A DNA stretch of 64,000 nucleotides. It comes from Thalia democratica. Lineage: Eukaryota. The notes beneath the pieces are model-generated. The model was not told where the DNA came from and made no database searches. It saw nothing but the letters and a program-made list of their open reading frames with translations. Below, piece by piece: positions 48,807 through 63,590 of this stretch. Position numbers and translations under genes: made by a program. Where the stretch lies: contig OZ241828.1 of the NCBI GenBank assembly GCA_965202585.1, positions 17,608,001 to 17,672,000 of the forward strand, given 5' to 3'. Numbering within the stretch: position 1 is the first letter of the stretch; the number at the start of each line of letters is the position of its first letter.

Positions 48807-49812
48807 AACTCCATTTTTACCCTAATTATTACCTTTAAAAGAAAGTTTGATTAACATACTTTTTGTAAATTATAAACAAATTGATTTAAAACTCTCAAGT
48901 TAGTTTTTAGTTGCTGATAGAATTTAGGTTATTTTACTATTTAACGTAAAAAGTAAGATCTTTTTAAACTTAATAACGTATACTACTGATCATAGTTTTT
49001 TTGGACTTTGGCAAATTTTATGTGTGTTATCTTGCTTGAGACACAGAAACATATTTAAGTTCAATAAAGAAAGTGTACTGTAAACATTTGTTGTTATTAT
49101 ATATTGAATAATATAAATGAATACTAGGTTATCGAAATTGAACTATTCAAATTACTTTTGAACTAATTTAAATTTTATATTTTAAATTATTAGCTTAACT
49201 GTATGATTAAATCAAAATATTTGAAAACAACTTTATTCTCCATTTTTCAATCCTTATGGAATTTAAAACTGTAACAGGATATCAACTTGATTACTGTTTA
49301 GATTTGGTTTGAAGTTTTGAGCTAAAAGTTAATTCAAGCGGTTAAGAGAAAGCTTGCAAATTAATATTTTATTTACTTATATATTATATAAATTTATATA
49401 TCAAATAAAATAATACTTAGGGCACTTTGTCATTTTTTAGCTGTGACTGTTACTGGTTGTATGTATTTCCTTTTGTTTATTATGTTTACCATTTCGTATT
49501 TTACGAGAGCTTGTTATGTGAAGTTTCACTAAAATTATGTGCTATAAAGTAAGTTATATGTTTATATAAATGAATAGCTTATTATAATTTGATAGTTTGT
49601 TTTTCATTAGAAGAAATAGGTAAATTAGTTAAACAAATAAATGAAGTTTAAAGTAATTGAAAAGTAAAATTACAAACTATTTGTTTACTGTAGTTTGCAT
49701 AGAAACAAAAAATGTTGTGAAAATTTAGAAAGAAATGCATTTGAAAGGGCATATTACGTAAGATGTATATTTTAAGAAAAAAAAATTTCGCTCAGTATTA
49801 GTGCTAAGCTTT

Positions 49813-49942
49813 TAGGGTGGAGGCGGGGACGTGGTGGTTACGGGAGAGCGACAGCGTGTGGTGAAGAACCCGTAAACTTTTTTAATTTTTTTTTTTCTAA
49901 AGTCGATATGGTGCAATCTTGTGGGTTTGCGACACCTAGCGG
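49813..49942. promoter_or_regulatory. GC island, candidate promoter (unit 4)
   Basis: Copy of 23366-23495. Confidence 0.5.
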
Positions 49943-50045
49943 ATAAAAAAATTAGAAATTTAACTTTGATTTTTATTTAAAATAAACTAATTTCGCGATG
50001 TGTTTAAAATTCGTAATCAATTAGGCAGTTTTACAATTTTTTTAG

Positions 50046-50760
50046 AATTCAGAGCTCAAAAACCTCGGGAACTTCTTTAAGATAATGGAAAGATTTACGG
50101 TTTTATATTTAATGAAAGATTAGCGTTATTATAATGAACTAAAGTCTAAGTTATAACAAGTTTTTCAAAGTCAACAAGTTAAACTGCGTATATTATAAAA
50201 TCTATGAAAAACTGTGAAAATTTATTAAATTTTATTGCTTTGATTTTAAGTAAATGAGCTGTATTAAATTTATTTAAACTATAACAACATAAATAACAAG
50301 CTATTTAAAAACTAACATTAATTGAAGCAATTACAGCAAAAGCTAAACTACAAAGTAAAATTTCATTTTTAAGTGAACTAATTAATGTTTTTTTTTGAAT
50401 TCGGATAAACTTAATAATAAATGCATATTTCTAAGTACAACATTTCTAAAACAGCACTCATTACAGCAGATTAATCAAGGTAATGGAGTACAATACAAAA
50501 CCAGAAAAAGTTGGTTTGAATATTTATGTTAAGCTTAAAGCCTTGTGAAATTTTATATTTATTATCACGCTTCTATTACATAACTCGTAATTATTTGTCC
50601 TTTACAGTTCAAATAATATTTTTGTTTGATAGTACGATTGTTATAATTAACTGTAGCCCGCCTAAAACTTTTCTTCTATGTTCCGCGAGCAACTACTTCT
50701 AGCAAAATCGATCTAACACTTGTAAAAGGTTGCCGTACGCTCTACTTCACAAATGTATAG
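50046..50760 (+). CDS. Candidate three-exon microprotein gene, B-type, second HOR copy
   Basis: 23599-24313 shifted by 26,447. The paralogous terminal exon ends at 51546. Confidence 0.5.
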
Positions 50761-51926
50761 CAAATAGTTTTTCTTGTAAACATTATTGTTGTTTTCTTTT
50801 TAAAGTTTGCAGTTTGTTTTAACACGCTAAAACGTATTTTAAAAGAGCTATACATAAAAGCTGTATCTTAAATCAAGAAAAGCTGTATAGAAATCAGTAA
50901 AAGCTTAGAAGTAGAGCAACGAATAAAACTTATGAAAAGTTGTTAACTCATGTTTGTTTGTTATTCAAAAAAAGAGATTTTTAAGTAAATTTTCTGTCTA
51001 TGTATGAACTCATGTTAAATTTATTAAAAGTTTACAATAAAAATGATTTTTTTTTTCAAAGCTTACAAAAGTTTCAGTAATTCTTCCACTTTCATTAAAT
51101 ACTAACGTACAAAATTAAAGGTTCGTATTTAACTAAACATAAATTTTTTTGAATCAAACATTGTTTGTTTTTTCTCTGGTTGGAGTAAACTTTACATATA
51201 AATGCATATAGTTCCTAAAACAGTAGTCATTACAGTCATAAAAGCAGATTAAGCAAGGCGATGGAGTAAAGTACCCACCCAGACAAAACGGGTCTGAATC
51301 TCGGCAAAACTTATATCAAGCTTAATTTTACATTAAACTTTTATTATAATTATCAGGCTTTTAATCAAAATTTGTAACCACTTATCCTTTATAGTTTAAA
51401 ATCGTGTTTCTTATTGAATACAATTATTTCATGTAACTTTAGCCCGCGGAAACTTTTTATATATTCTGCTCGCAACTCTTCCTAAAAAGAATGGCCTTTT
51501 ACCTATAAAAGGTTGCCGTACCTTGTATTTTACTCGTGTAAAATAAATAGTCTATTTTCTAAATAGTATCAATTTTTTTTTATTATAAAATGTATTATCT
51601 ATGTCTGGTGTACTACCTGACAAAAAGCAAGTCGTGTTTGTTATGCGCAAATTATAAGTAGTTTATAAAAAATATCACAGTAAAGTAATGTTCAAAAAAT
51701 GTATAAATAATAGAAATTAAAAGTAGAACGGATTTTACATTAAAGTGTGTATTTTGATTTTAAAATTAGCCGCAATAAAATAAACTAAATATTAAATAAA
51801 CTCTACTTAACAATTTATCTTTCAACTTTTCATAAGCAAAAAGCTAAATGTCTATTAATCGGAAGTTTGAAATAGTAGCTATAGCCAGTTAACATAAGCT
51901 TTAATTCTTTTTGAAAAAGATTCATT

Positions 51927-51964
51927 TAAGCACTGACGATGTCTTTGACCGAAACTTAGTTTGT
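51927..51964 (+). ncRNA. Degenerate hammerhead motif, unit B'
   Basis: Same sequence as 12638-12675. Confidence 0.55.
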
Positions 51965-53653
51965 AAAATAAAATCTTGAAAGAATAAATTCATTATTTCT
52001 CCTATAGTAGCTAGTTAAGTGCTTTATCTGAACTCGAAATCGGTAAACTTAACATAATAATTCTAAAAGTTAAGTATTGAGTACACAGAGATTTTATAGA
52101 AACTAAATACCTATACAATAAAGATATCTTTAGACCCCAACTAACATTATACAAGAAAGTATTTTTGTAGTTTTTTGTGTACGCAAAAACGTATATGTGT
52201 TTAAAGTTGTTTCAATTTAGTTGAAAAATAACCGAAAGGCTTGCGTTAAGTTTAAAATAACGAGCTGAAACAATTTTTTTATTAATTAAAATGACACAAA
52301 AGTTTCGTTGTTAAAATTTGTTGGTATACTGTAACTTTCTACCAAAATTTATGTATAGTTTAGCAGTTTTAAATTAATCAAAGAGCTGCGTTTAAAGTTT
52401 TAAAAAAATATTTGGTATCCAGTTAAACTTCTCAATAACAGGTTCAGAATGATTAAGTAAAAACTAATAGATAATTTCTACTTATTTAAGCTATAATTTT
52501 CAGCTTCAAGCTGGGTAATAATTAAATTGTATTTTATCGCGTTCATGTGATTTCTTTAGCAAGTTTCTTACTTTTATAAGTTTATTATATAACCTCTAAC
52601 TTATTTTGATAATATACTGCATTGACAAAAGTAAAAATATACAAAATACAACCAGGCTTGGTAGAAACAATTTCCAGCAAAGTTGCCATAAAAAGTGTCA
52701 TTCGACTTTAGAACAAGTTAATTTCATTTATACTGTAGAAATCAGATTTCATTATATAAAATTAGTAGCTTTTAACTTCCCAAGTTGCCAAAACACGACA
52801 TTGTTAGAGTGAAAACTTGCAGTAGCTAATAACTCGTACTTTAATAGTGTTTATTCTACCAAAATTTAGTTTTAAAATAGGATATTTTAGTGATAGCTGC
52901 AGCCTGCAGTAATCTTATTCTTTATAAAGTGCAGCCCGTGAATAACTCAACATAGAAAAATGACTCTTTAATTGTCAAGTCTGCCAATTTAACTGATAAG
53001 GAAATGCTGTAGCTACATAACTTTTAATTGAAATTAACACAAATTTAGTTTTTTTAGGAAAAATTCGTAATAAATTTTTGTTAGGTTTTCACACCAGAGC
53101 CCTACAGTGTTATTTGACGTGAGAACCTAAACAAATCACAATATATTTTAATAACATGTTCATAGTTTATAAACAAGCACGAAGAAATTTGCAAAGCAGG
53201 TCCTTTTTTAAATACATACATGGACAGCAAAATATTTCAGTTTAAACGCCGTTGATCAAGAAAACAATAATTTTTTTGGAACCTTAACTACGTTCGTAAA
53301 ATCTACCCTTCAGTCATGATATTAACAACTGCAAGACTACCATGATGAAAAAACTAGTACATACTAATTATCTCGTTAAATATAATTAACCGAATTATGC
53401 TTATTAAACGTCTTGGTCTTTACCCTTTTTTTGTTCGATGCATATTCAACTTTTTATAACAACTTTAGTAAGGGGCTATTTCTTATCAGAATTATGCAGT
53501 GCACAAATAATTGTAAATACAAAACATTTAAATTGATTTTTCAACTTTTGTAACCTTATATTATTCTGTAACTTTATTTTAGATAAAAAACAATTTATAA
53601 CAGAACACAATTTATTTAATACACAAAAAAAACATAATACTTGAAGATTGCAT

Positions 53654-56600
53654 TCATTCCATGTTTTTCACACGTCCAACGTCAGCAACAAATGAAGACA
53701 ATCGGAAAGACCTGTAAGAATAATATACAATTAATAAAACGGAAAAATTATTGATGCTTTTTAAACTAAAAATTAGTAATATTTCATTTAATAATTAAAA
53801 CACATTAGTGAACAGATGCCGTGAAAAGTGGCTAAAACTCAAACGTCAACGTAACATATAATAAAAATGCATCCTTCAAACTTGTAGCTTTTGCAGTCAA
53901 AACAACAGTTTATTAACAATTTACAAATAAAAAAATGCAAGCAAGCAATACAAACTAAATAAATTTATCAATTTTAATAATTAAACGTGTTCAAAGTTTA
54001 GATAAAATCATATAACTTAGCTATTAAATACCACAAAGAAATAAATTATAGTTCTGTGAAACAAAATAGCTTCCACAGCTTCAAACTTTTTAATAACCTC
54101 TATTTCACAAGTACTATATTTTAGTCTCTTTAAAATTAATTTTAGACTAGTAACAAAAATTATAGTAAAACAATAAAAAAACATACAAGTTTAAAATGTT
54201 AGCTACAAATTCTAAATGTTATTGAAAAATAACACCAGCTTTTTAATTTGACTTAAATCAGTTTATCTTAAAACTTATAAAATTTATACAAATGTAAACA
54301 ACAAATAAATAAAGACGTTTGAATGATTAAAATTACCAACACTTTTTTTACTTTTAACAAGTTTGATTGAGCAATGCTTACAAATCTTAAATAACTTATT
54401 TTCTTTACAAAAGATAATAAGTACTCAAAAAATAAATTAATAAAACAAAAATTCGAGTAAATTTGAAAAAATAATTATAACAGCAATCGAAACAAACGAT
54501 ATAAAATTTATAAATTATAAAATCTAAATAAGATAATTAGAAGGAGCATAGACTATTTAAAAGCTTTTTTTTTCAATCATAGTTGTCACAACTGTTATTA
54601 AATTTAGTAAATAAAAATTTATTTACATTAAAACAGATTAAAATATTATAATAAATTGGACAAAATAAAATGAGAAAATACTGCACTATTTGTTGGTCTA
54701 GTAATTTAAACAAATGTAATTTAATAACTCTCAAATTTGCTATGATACACCGCTAAGATAAACATTTTATTTAATTTTGGTTAAGTTAATAAATACATAT
54801 TTTTTCTTTTTTTCAAAATAAACAGTCGATTTATAAATCAAAACTCTATTTAACTATATAAAACACCAAGCACTAAAGAAACACTTTGGATTTATTTAAA
54901 AAATTTCAGTATCAGATTATTTTTTCTATACGTTCAACAAAACAGGTTTTTAATTATTTGTAATTGTAATTACTTACTTATTGTTCCACTTCGCACAATT
55001 TATGAGATTTAGTGACAGAGAGGTCCACTGGTTCCGCATCAAGTGATTTGGCATCGGTGAACCAATTCAAGACACTGAAAAAAAATTATAAATATTACAA
55101 TTCATAGAGTTGATTTAAACTGGTATTAAATATTTAGTAAAGCATTTTATTTATACACAATAGATATATAGAATATGTAAAAATTTGTGGCCACATTGTT
55201 AAATATTAAGCATGTTCCATCACAATTGTCATTGTTTTCTTATGATTTCTTAATAAGATAACTAGCAAACTAAATTTCAATAAATTTCTTTAAAAATATA
55301 AAAACTAAGTATAATGTGCAACAGTTGTATGAAAAATGTTAGCAGGAATAATTAAAACGACATATTCTGTAAAAAAAGTTTTGAGGTTATTGTTCTGATA
55401 AGTTCAAATTTCTTAGTAAACTGAACTGTATACAGTAACCTCTCGCTTATTTACGCACATTGTGTCCACAGAAAAAGTGCGTAAAGATATGAAGGATCGT
55501 AAAGATACGAGAGGTATCAAATATACTTACTATAATGGCTGTTTTTTTATATTGCTTCTGGTTAAAAGCAGACTGGAGACTTTCCCATTTTTAACTATTT
55601 GTTTACTTTATTTATAAATATGAAAACAAAAGATAGAAATATACTTATATTTAAAAAAGGAAATTAAATTTTTATAAAACAATAGTACTTTTAAGGTTAT
55701 AATCCAATTTTAAATAAATAACACTTGTAGAAAAATTCTACTAATTTTAATAACAAGTAGATTTTATCTTTATATTTATTCATATGTGACTAGTTTTAAT
55801 ACTTAACATTTTATATTCTGTTCTACTTAGCAAATTCAATTTATAATTGAGCATTGTTTACAATTAAGAAATGCTGTGGTGTTTATATTAAAATGTGCTT
55901 ATATAACCTTATAGAAAAATATGCATTTGGTGCTATAATAGATTTCTTCTTTTGAATATTAGTATATAAAGAATAAGAAAAATGTTTAATAAAAATTGTT
56001 TGTTTTACAACAATTTTTTTTTAATTTGACCTTTGTCAACAAAAGGATAAACTTGTCTTGCATGGAGTGCACTTTTTGCTAAGAAGTTTCATTTAATTTC
56101 ATTTTTTGATGTTTATTCATATAAAGGGCAAGAGTGCTGTATTATTTATCTGTGTCTTAAACTCTTATTATTCGAGTTTACTTTCATTATTTGACAAAGT
56201 CATATTTCTTACAGAATTTTAATTTAATCTCTTATTGTTAACAACATTTCTGATATACTGAGGTATAACTAGATGTTTATCAACTTAGTAAAGGAACATA
56301 AGTTTACAAAGTCTAAAGATATATAGAGGTGAGTTAGCATTTAAAAATATACAATAAACCTAACTTCAGCAATATTAAAAAAAAAAAGATCTTTTTAGAA
56401 TTCTAAAATGCGTAACTAAACGAGAGTGCGTAACGTCACGAGTGCGTAAAGATCCGAGAGGTTACTGTAATTATTTCTTGACATTCAGATTAAAATGTCA
56501 AGTTGACTAAAAGCTTTGTAGATTGTTGTAGATGAAAAGTTTATAGAAGTTCAAATGACCAATTTTTAGAGAGCATATTTTTCTTTTATAAACTTTGTAA

Positions 56601-59240
56601 ATTGAAACTGTGAAAAACACTCTTAAAACTATTATTAATTTTAAACAACTAATTTTGTAATATGTACTATGATTACTTAATTTAAACTACTGATATGAAA
56701 ACACACTGTTCAAATATTACTTACATTTCAGGCCACCTGTATTGAACAATAAATTTTACTACTATTTTTTATGCTTTACTACACCACTATACATATTAAA
56801 CACAACATTATAAGATACTAAGTTTTACAAGTACTATATTTTAGTCTCTTTAAACTTAATTGTAGATTTGTATACAATATATACAAGTTAACATGTAATA
56901 AAAAAGCATCCAACAAACTTGTAGCTTTTGCAGTCAAAACTACAGTTTGATAAAAATTGACAAAAAATTAAATGCAAGCAAGCAATACAAACTAAATAAA
57001 TTTATTAACTATAATAATTATATGTGTTTAAAGTTTAAATAAAATCATATAACTTATAAATAAAGACGTTTGAATGATTTAAATTACCATTTTATTGAAA
57101 TTAACAACACTTTTTACTTTTAACAAGTTTGTTTGAGCAATGCTTACAAATCTTAACTAACTTATTTTCCTTTCAAAAGATGATAAATACTCACATAATT
57201 AATTTACCAAACAAAAATTCGAGTTTAAATTATTAAAATAGAAATCAAAACAAACAAATGAAATTAATCAATTATCAAACCTAAATAAGATATTAGAAGG
57301 AGCATACACTATTTAAAAGCTTTATTTTTTAATCATAGTTGTTGCAACTGCTAATAACTTTTTCTCTACTAAATTTAAGTACATTAAAACAGTTTAATAT
57401 ATTATAATAAATTTGACAAAATTTACATTGCTCAATATGAGAAATTACTGCAATATTTGTTGGTTTAGTAAGTTAATCATATGTAACTTTAATAGTTATC
57501 AAGTTTGCTATGATAGACCGCTAAAATAAACATTTTATTTAATTTTGGTTAAATTAATAAATACATATTTTTCCTTATGTTCAAAATAAACAGTCGATTT
57601 ATAAATCAAAACTCTATTTAACTATATAAAACCCCAAGCACTAAAGAAACACTTTGGATTTATTACAAAAATTTCAGTATCAGATTATTTTTTCTATATG
57701 TTCAACAAAACAGTTTTTAAATTATTTGTAGTTGTAAATACTTACTTATTGTTTCACTTAGCATAATCAATGAGATTTAGTGACAGAGAGGTCCACATCA
57801 GTGATTTGTCATGGTCAATGATTTAATTTAAGAACAGAAACTGAAAAAAAAACAAAGTTATAAATAATATAATACATAAAGTTGATTTAAACTGGTATTT
57901 TTATTAAAATAGTCATGTGTGTGCATGTCTAACAACTTAAGTAAAGTACACACAACTGTTTTGCAAACAGACATTATAAATTTGTATAAAAAAACATAAA
58001 AATATTACTTTTAATAAATGTGTTTTATTCATTATAAATACAAACAAGTTGGTTTACATTAAAAATAATTCTCATAGTATAAAAACAACATTGCCACTCT
58101 ATAAAACAAAAAACTATCCTTAGTGACCTTGTACAGTCTTAAGTCATCCTGTGCTTTTTTTCAAATCATATTAAAAATCTTAATTTAATTGAAATAAACT
58201 TTTCAAATCAATATAAATCATGTTTTAAAATAAAACAGGTTATAAAATATCAAAACATTGTTACTGGACCAACTTTATCTGTATCAAGATCTAGAAAAAA
58301 ACTAGCCTAAGACTTTTAAAAACATAAAACTATTTTGAGTTGTCCTTACTCAACCTTAGTTAGATTTAAAAAATTTAAACTCTGCTGAACAATATTGAGT
58401 ATTTTGAATGTATGGCAAGCATGATACAAAATACTTATAAACTTTTGGTAAAAATGAAAAGTATTCTTAATTTGATCTATTTTTATAACATTACACTTAT
58501 ATAAAGATAAAATGTTTTAAGAACAAGTGTTGCTTAAGAAAAAATTAATTCTATATATTTAGATATATAAATGTAAAAGTACTGGGTGTAAGGGACTGGG
58601 GTGGGGGCTTATAAATTTATATGTTCATCTGTTTACCAGAGGTCTTAATCACTTTATCTACTTTATAGATAGCTGATGTATCAATTAAATGTTATTTGTC
58701 ATCAGTCACCTAAAGGTTAGAATTTTTTCTATACCCTTAATAGGTTTTAACCAAAACGCTTTGTTGAAATTTTAGCATGGGTGCCATACTTTCAGAAAAA
58801 AAGAATAGTTTAAGTTTGTGTATCAGGTTAAAACTTTTTTTAAAAACTTGTAAATAGTTATATAAAATAGTTATTTACTGCTATGATCAAATTATATGTT
58901 AATGAAACTAAAGCTTTTAGCTTTTGTGTTTTACGAGGTAAAATGTATTATACTGTTATCTTAATCTTCAAATTACATACATGGTTTGTCTTATAGTATG
59001 GCTCTGTTTGATATATAAGAGTTAAACAACTCTAAGTTGTAGTTAATAATACTATAATTGAAATATACTCACCACTGTACTATACCAAAAACTTGCAGAA
59101 ATAAATTTATTGGGTGGATTGTATAAGAAGATATTCTTGTAAACAAACTTTCAAAACACTAGGTGCTTATTTCGTTTTAATAAGTATTCGCTGTTCAAAT
59201 ACTAGTCATATCACTTACAACAGTATTGAGTATTGACATT
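53654..59240 (-). pseudogene. Multi-exon minus-strand locus, unit B'
   Basis: 27207-32793 shifted by 26,447. Confidence 0.5.
55433..56467. mobile_element. pogo/Tigger-like non-autonomous element, second HOR copy
   Basis: Same TIRs and TA TSD as 28986-30020. Confidence 0.92.
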
Positions 59241-61041
59241 CTATATGAAAAATATTAACTTTTTTTATAACCGATAAATATCAATATGTACGGAACCCAA
59301 TTTACAAATTAATTAAAAAAAAAAAACGTTTAAAATAACCAATCTATACAATTAAAAATCAAAAAAATTAAATTCTTGCAATATTCACAAATTTAAACAT
59401 ACTATCAAAAAATTACAAAATGTTAAATTTGACTAATAAAACTAGGTTTTAATAAAAACATTTTTAATAGATTTCTTTATAAAAATTGTTACAACAGAAG
59501 TATTTATTTTTACATCTATAAAACTCGCACAAATAAACGTTTTAGAACGTTTGTATAATGTTTCAATTTTTTTTTTTAAATAGAGTAGTTTTATCCGTGA
59601 AAAACTATGTGGATGAAAGTTAAACTTCAAAACAGGAAAAGAAAGCAGTTACTAGTTAATGTTATATTTACCAGACCCAAAAAGTACAGAAAAACAAGTT
59701 TAATATTTTTTTGTTTAACAATACATATGGTTGAAAAAGTTTAATTTTTGCTTCAGAATTTAAAGAATATTAAAATTTATTTTTGGAATTTTTACATAAC
59801 AGTTTATACCATGTATTTTTAAATTTAAAAGCGTCAATAAACCTAAACAAGTTAAAACGTCTTATTTTTGTATTGTATGTCTATAAAAATAAACAGTAGT
59901 TAAGTTGGTGTCTATTGTTAATGTTATTTTAGTTTATAAACTTTTCAGTTGTTGGTTTTATAAGTATGCATGTAAAACCGCGGTTATTTTTCTTAATGAT
60001 TTTTGTAAAAAAAATATCTTTAAAACTTAACTTTTATCAATACTTGTGCAAATGATATAAAAACTCCAAACTTAAATATTAAATTAATTCAATAACTGCT
60101 TACTTAGATGCTTTAAACAGCTTTCTTATGATATGATTATGATTTACTAAACTTAAGTAAAAGAAAAAAAATGTAGCATAATAAAGTTAAATAAGCATTT
60201 GTAAGCAAATTTTAAAATTTTTCTAGTAACTAATATTGTTTCAAACAAAAAAGTTTATGTAAAAAAAAAAATTACAAAACAAATAGTAAAAACTTTTTTA
60301 ACTTTTTATATCATATATCAATATAAAACACAGCAAACAGCTTGATGAGTAGTGATGACACGACAATAAAGGAATTGCTTATTTATGGTTGATACTCATT
60401 TTTTCTTAAAAGTTTTATCTTCAATTTACTACTCTTTGTATTAGCACTTATACATGCTACCTTTTGTTAACTTCTTACACTTAAATAATGATTTAGCCGC
60501 CACTAATAGCTGTAATAGTGCACCAGGTAGTAGGTTAAATGAAATGCTAAGTAGGTGGGGAAGTAGTGGTCACAAAACTTCGGCAACAAGTAGTCCAAGT
60601 AATTGAACTATTTGTAGTCCAAGTAGTTGGACAACCTGTAGTACAATTAATTGAACAACCTGTAGTCCAAGTAAATAAATGTTAAATAAAAATGGTGTAC
60701 ATTAATTTTTTTTTCATACAAATAGATTTGAAATAATGACCAACAAAATTCAATAGGATTATATCGGCTAGATCCGCATAGTAATTACTAATTGGGATAC
60801 TGCCAGATCCAGATATAAAAAGGGATTATCATGCTTGATCCGGTATATTATTAATTTGAACAGCCCCGTCAAGGACTAGTTTTATCTTGAATCGAACCGC
60901 CGATTAAAAACGTTGTCCACTTTTATACTAAACTAAAAAGAAATTTTGTAGTACTAGTAAATAAAGTTTAATAAACACTTAAACATTTCGACAAAACACT
61001 TTATTACTATATGAACACACTTTTGCATACAAACAGATCTT

Positions 61042-62349
61042 TTATATCGATATGGTTTCTAAGAACCATGGCACCTTGACGCACGAAAACCTTTCTTTTG
61101 TTTGCGTGGTCGCGCAGGGTTTTTTCGACCATTCGCTCCCATCAACGTCGTAACAAGCAACGTACGGCTCTCCGCTTTGAAAAATTGCGATCACGCCTCC
61201 GAACGCCACCGCTCCGTGCACGGTCGTTTCCCACAGGTAAGGCGGCGATTTGATAGAAACGAAACTGCCGCCAACGTCGTCGAAAACCTCGCACTCTCCC
61301 GCTCCGTCCCCGAAAACATACAACTTTTGCCGCAAGGCCACCGTGTAGTGACGGCCCCTGCAGCGGATCATGCTCGGCATTGCCAGCCACTTGTCGTTGG
61401 CGTGATCGTAACGCTCCGCCCAGTTCAGCCTCTTGTGCTGCTGATCCATACCGCCGGTGACCACCACCGTTCCGTTGAAAAGCGCGCACGCTGTCACTGC
61501 CCTCGCGCCCACCTTCATTTCGGCCAGCTCTTTCCACTCGAAGCCGGCCGTGTCCAGTTGCAAGCAAGAGCCGTGGACGGGGTACGGATATTCGGGAGAC
61601 CAGCCCCCGAAAGTTAAAATTTTGTTGGCAACGGCGCAAACGGAAAAGCTGTGGCGCGCGTCGAAGGCGTCTGCCACTTTCGTCCACGTGTTGTTGGCTG
61701 GTGAGTACCTTTCAACGTACATTTCATAGTGCTCACAGCCATCTAAAACGTAAACTTCCCCTTCAATGCAAACTGCTTGGATATCATGTCGTTCTGCCAG
61801 CATGGGGGGAAGAGCTTCTGCGCTTTTAAAATCGCACAACTGGATGACATCTCTGCAGTATTCGACGGGTTTAAAACCAGAGAGATACTTCAAATCTCCT
61901 AGAATTAGTAAGTTAGAACTTGCCCTATAAGAATAAAGGCTAATGCAATTGACTCCTAACTTATTACGAAAAAAAAGTTTTTGATCATGCAACACATCTT
62001 TGAACACTGTAATACCTTCATCAGTTTTGTAATACAATGAAGACTCACTGAAAAGTCTTTTTAAAACACCTTTTGGTAGTGAGTAAACACGTAGTTTTAA
62101 CAAAAGGTTTTTGGCAAACTTACCACGTTCCTTAATTTTGTAAGTTAGCCAACTTTCGGCTGCACGAAGCACTTTAAGTTCTAACTTTGCAAGTAAACTG
62201 GAACTTGAAAGTAGTTTTACTACAGAAATATATTTTAGTTCTAGAAAACTTATAGTTGCAACTACCAAAGTAAAGCACTCTTCCATGAAATTGATGGAAA
62301 ATTTCGAAATTGTTTTTAAATCAAAAACTTCTGCTAATTTATACAACAT
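61042..62349 (-). CDS. Kelch-like protein copy 5, 435 aa
   Basis: HOR twin of copy 3 with E>K, A>T and G>S differences. Same upstream TAA. Confidence 0.7.
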   Translation of the reverse strand: MLYKLAEVFDLKTISKFSINFMEECFTLVVATISFLELKYISVVKLLSSSSLLAKLELKVLRAAESWLTYKIKERGKFAKNLLLKLRVYSLPKGVLKRLFSESSLYYKTDEGITVFKDVLHDQKLFFRNKLGVNCISLYSYRASSNLLILGDLKYLSGFKPVEYCRDVIQLCDFKSAEALPPMLAERHDIQAVCIEGEVYVLDGCEHYEMYVERYSPANNTWTKVADAFDARHSFSVCAVANKILTFGGWSPEYPYPVHGSCLQLDTAGFEWKELAEMKVGARAVTACALFNGTVVVTGGMDQQHKRLNWAERYDHANDKWLAMPSMIRCRGRHYTVALRQKLYVFGDGAGECEVFDDVGGSFVSIKSPPYLWETTVHGAVAFGGVIAIFQSGEPYVACYDVDGSEWSKKPCATTQTKERFSCVKVPWFLETISI

Positions 62350-63460
62350 AATTACATTTTTAGCAGAAAATTTTTAATTTATTTTATTGTACCATTCTCT
62401 TTCACAACTCGTTGTGGTGTTAATAAAAATCTTCTTCTGTTTAATATAAAACATAACTCCATTTTTACCCTAATTATTACCTTTAAAAGAAAGTTTGATT
62501 AACATACTTTTTGTAAATTATAAACAAATTGATTTAAAACTCTCAAGTTAGTTTTTAGTTGCTGATAGAATTTAGGTTATTTTACTATTTAACGTAAAAA
62601 GTAAGATCTTTTTAAACTTAATAACGTATACTACTGATCATAGTTTTTTTGGACTTTGGCAAATTTTATGTGTGTTATCTTGCTTGAGACACAGAAACAT
62701 ATTTAAGTTCAATAAAGAAAGTGTACTGTAAACATTTGTTGTTATTATATATTGAATAATATAAATGAATACTAGGTTATCGAAATTGAACTATTCAAAT
62801 TACTTTTGAACTAATTTAAATTTTATATTTTAAATTATTAGCTTAACTGTATGATTAAATCAAAATATTTGAAAACAACTTTATTCTCCATTTTTCAATC
62901 CTTATGGAATTTAAAACTGTAACAGGATATCAACTTGATTACTGTTTAGATTTGGTTTGAAGTTTTGAGCTAAAAGTTAATTCAAGCGGTTAAGAGAAAG
63001 CTTGCAAATTAATATTTTATTTACTTATATATTATATAAATTTATATATCAAATAAAATAATACTTAGGGCACTTTGTCATTTTTTAGCTGTGACTGTTA
63101 CTGGTTGTATGTATTTCCTTTTGTTTATTATGTTTACCATTTCGTATTTTACGAGAGCTTGTTATGTGAAGTTTCACTAAAATTATGTGCTATAAAGTAA
63201 GTTATATGTTTATATAAATGAATAGCTTATTATAATTTGATAGTTTGTTTTTCATTAGAAGAAATAGGTAAATTAGTTAAACAAATAAATGAAGTTTAAA
63301 GTAATTGAAAAGTAAAATTACAAACTATTTGTTTACTGTAGTTTGCATAGAAACAAAAAATGTTGTGAAAATTTAGAAAGAAATGCATTTGAAAGGGCAT
63401 ATTACGTAAGATGTATATTTTAAGAAAAAAAAATTTCGCTCAGTATTAGTGCTAAGCTTT

Positions 63461-63590
63461 TAGGGTGGAGGCGGGGACGTGGTGGTTACGGGAGAGCGAC
63501 AGCGTGTGGTGAAAAACCCGTAAACTTTTTTAATATTTTTTTTTCTAAAGTCGATATGGTGCAATCTTGTGGATTTGCGACACCTAGCGG
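63461..63590. promoter_or_regulatory. GC island, candidate promoter (unit 5)
   Basis: Copy of 37013-37142. Confidence 0.5.
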
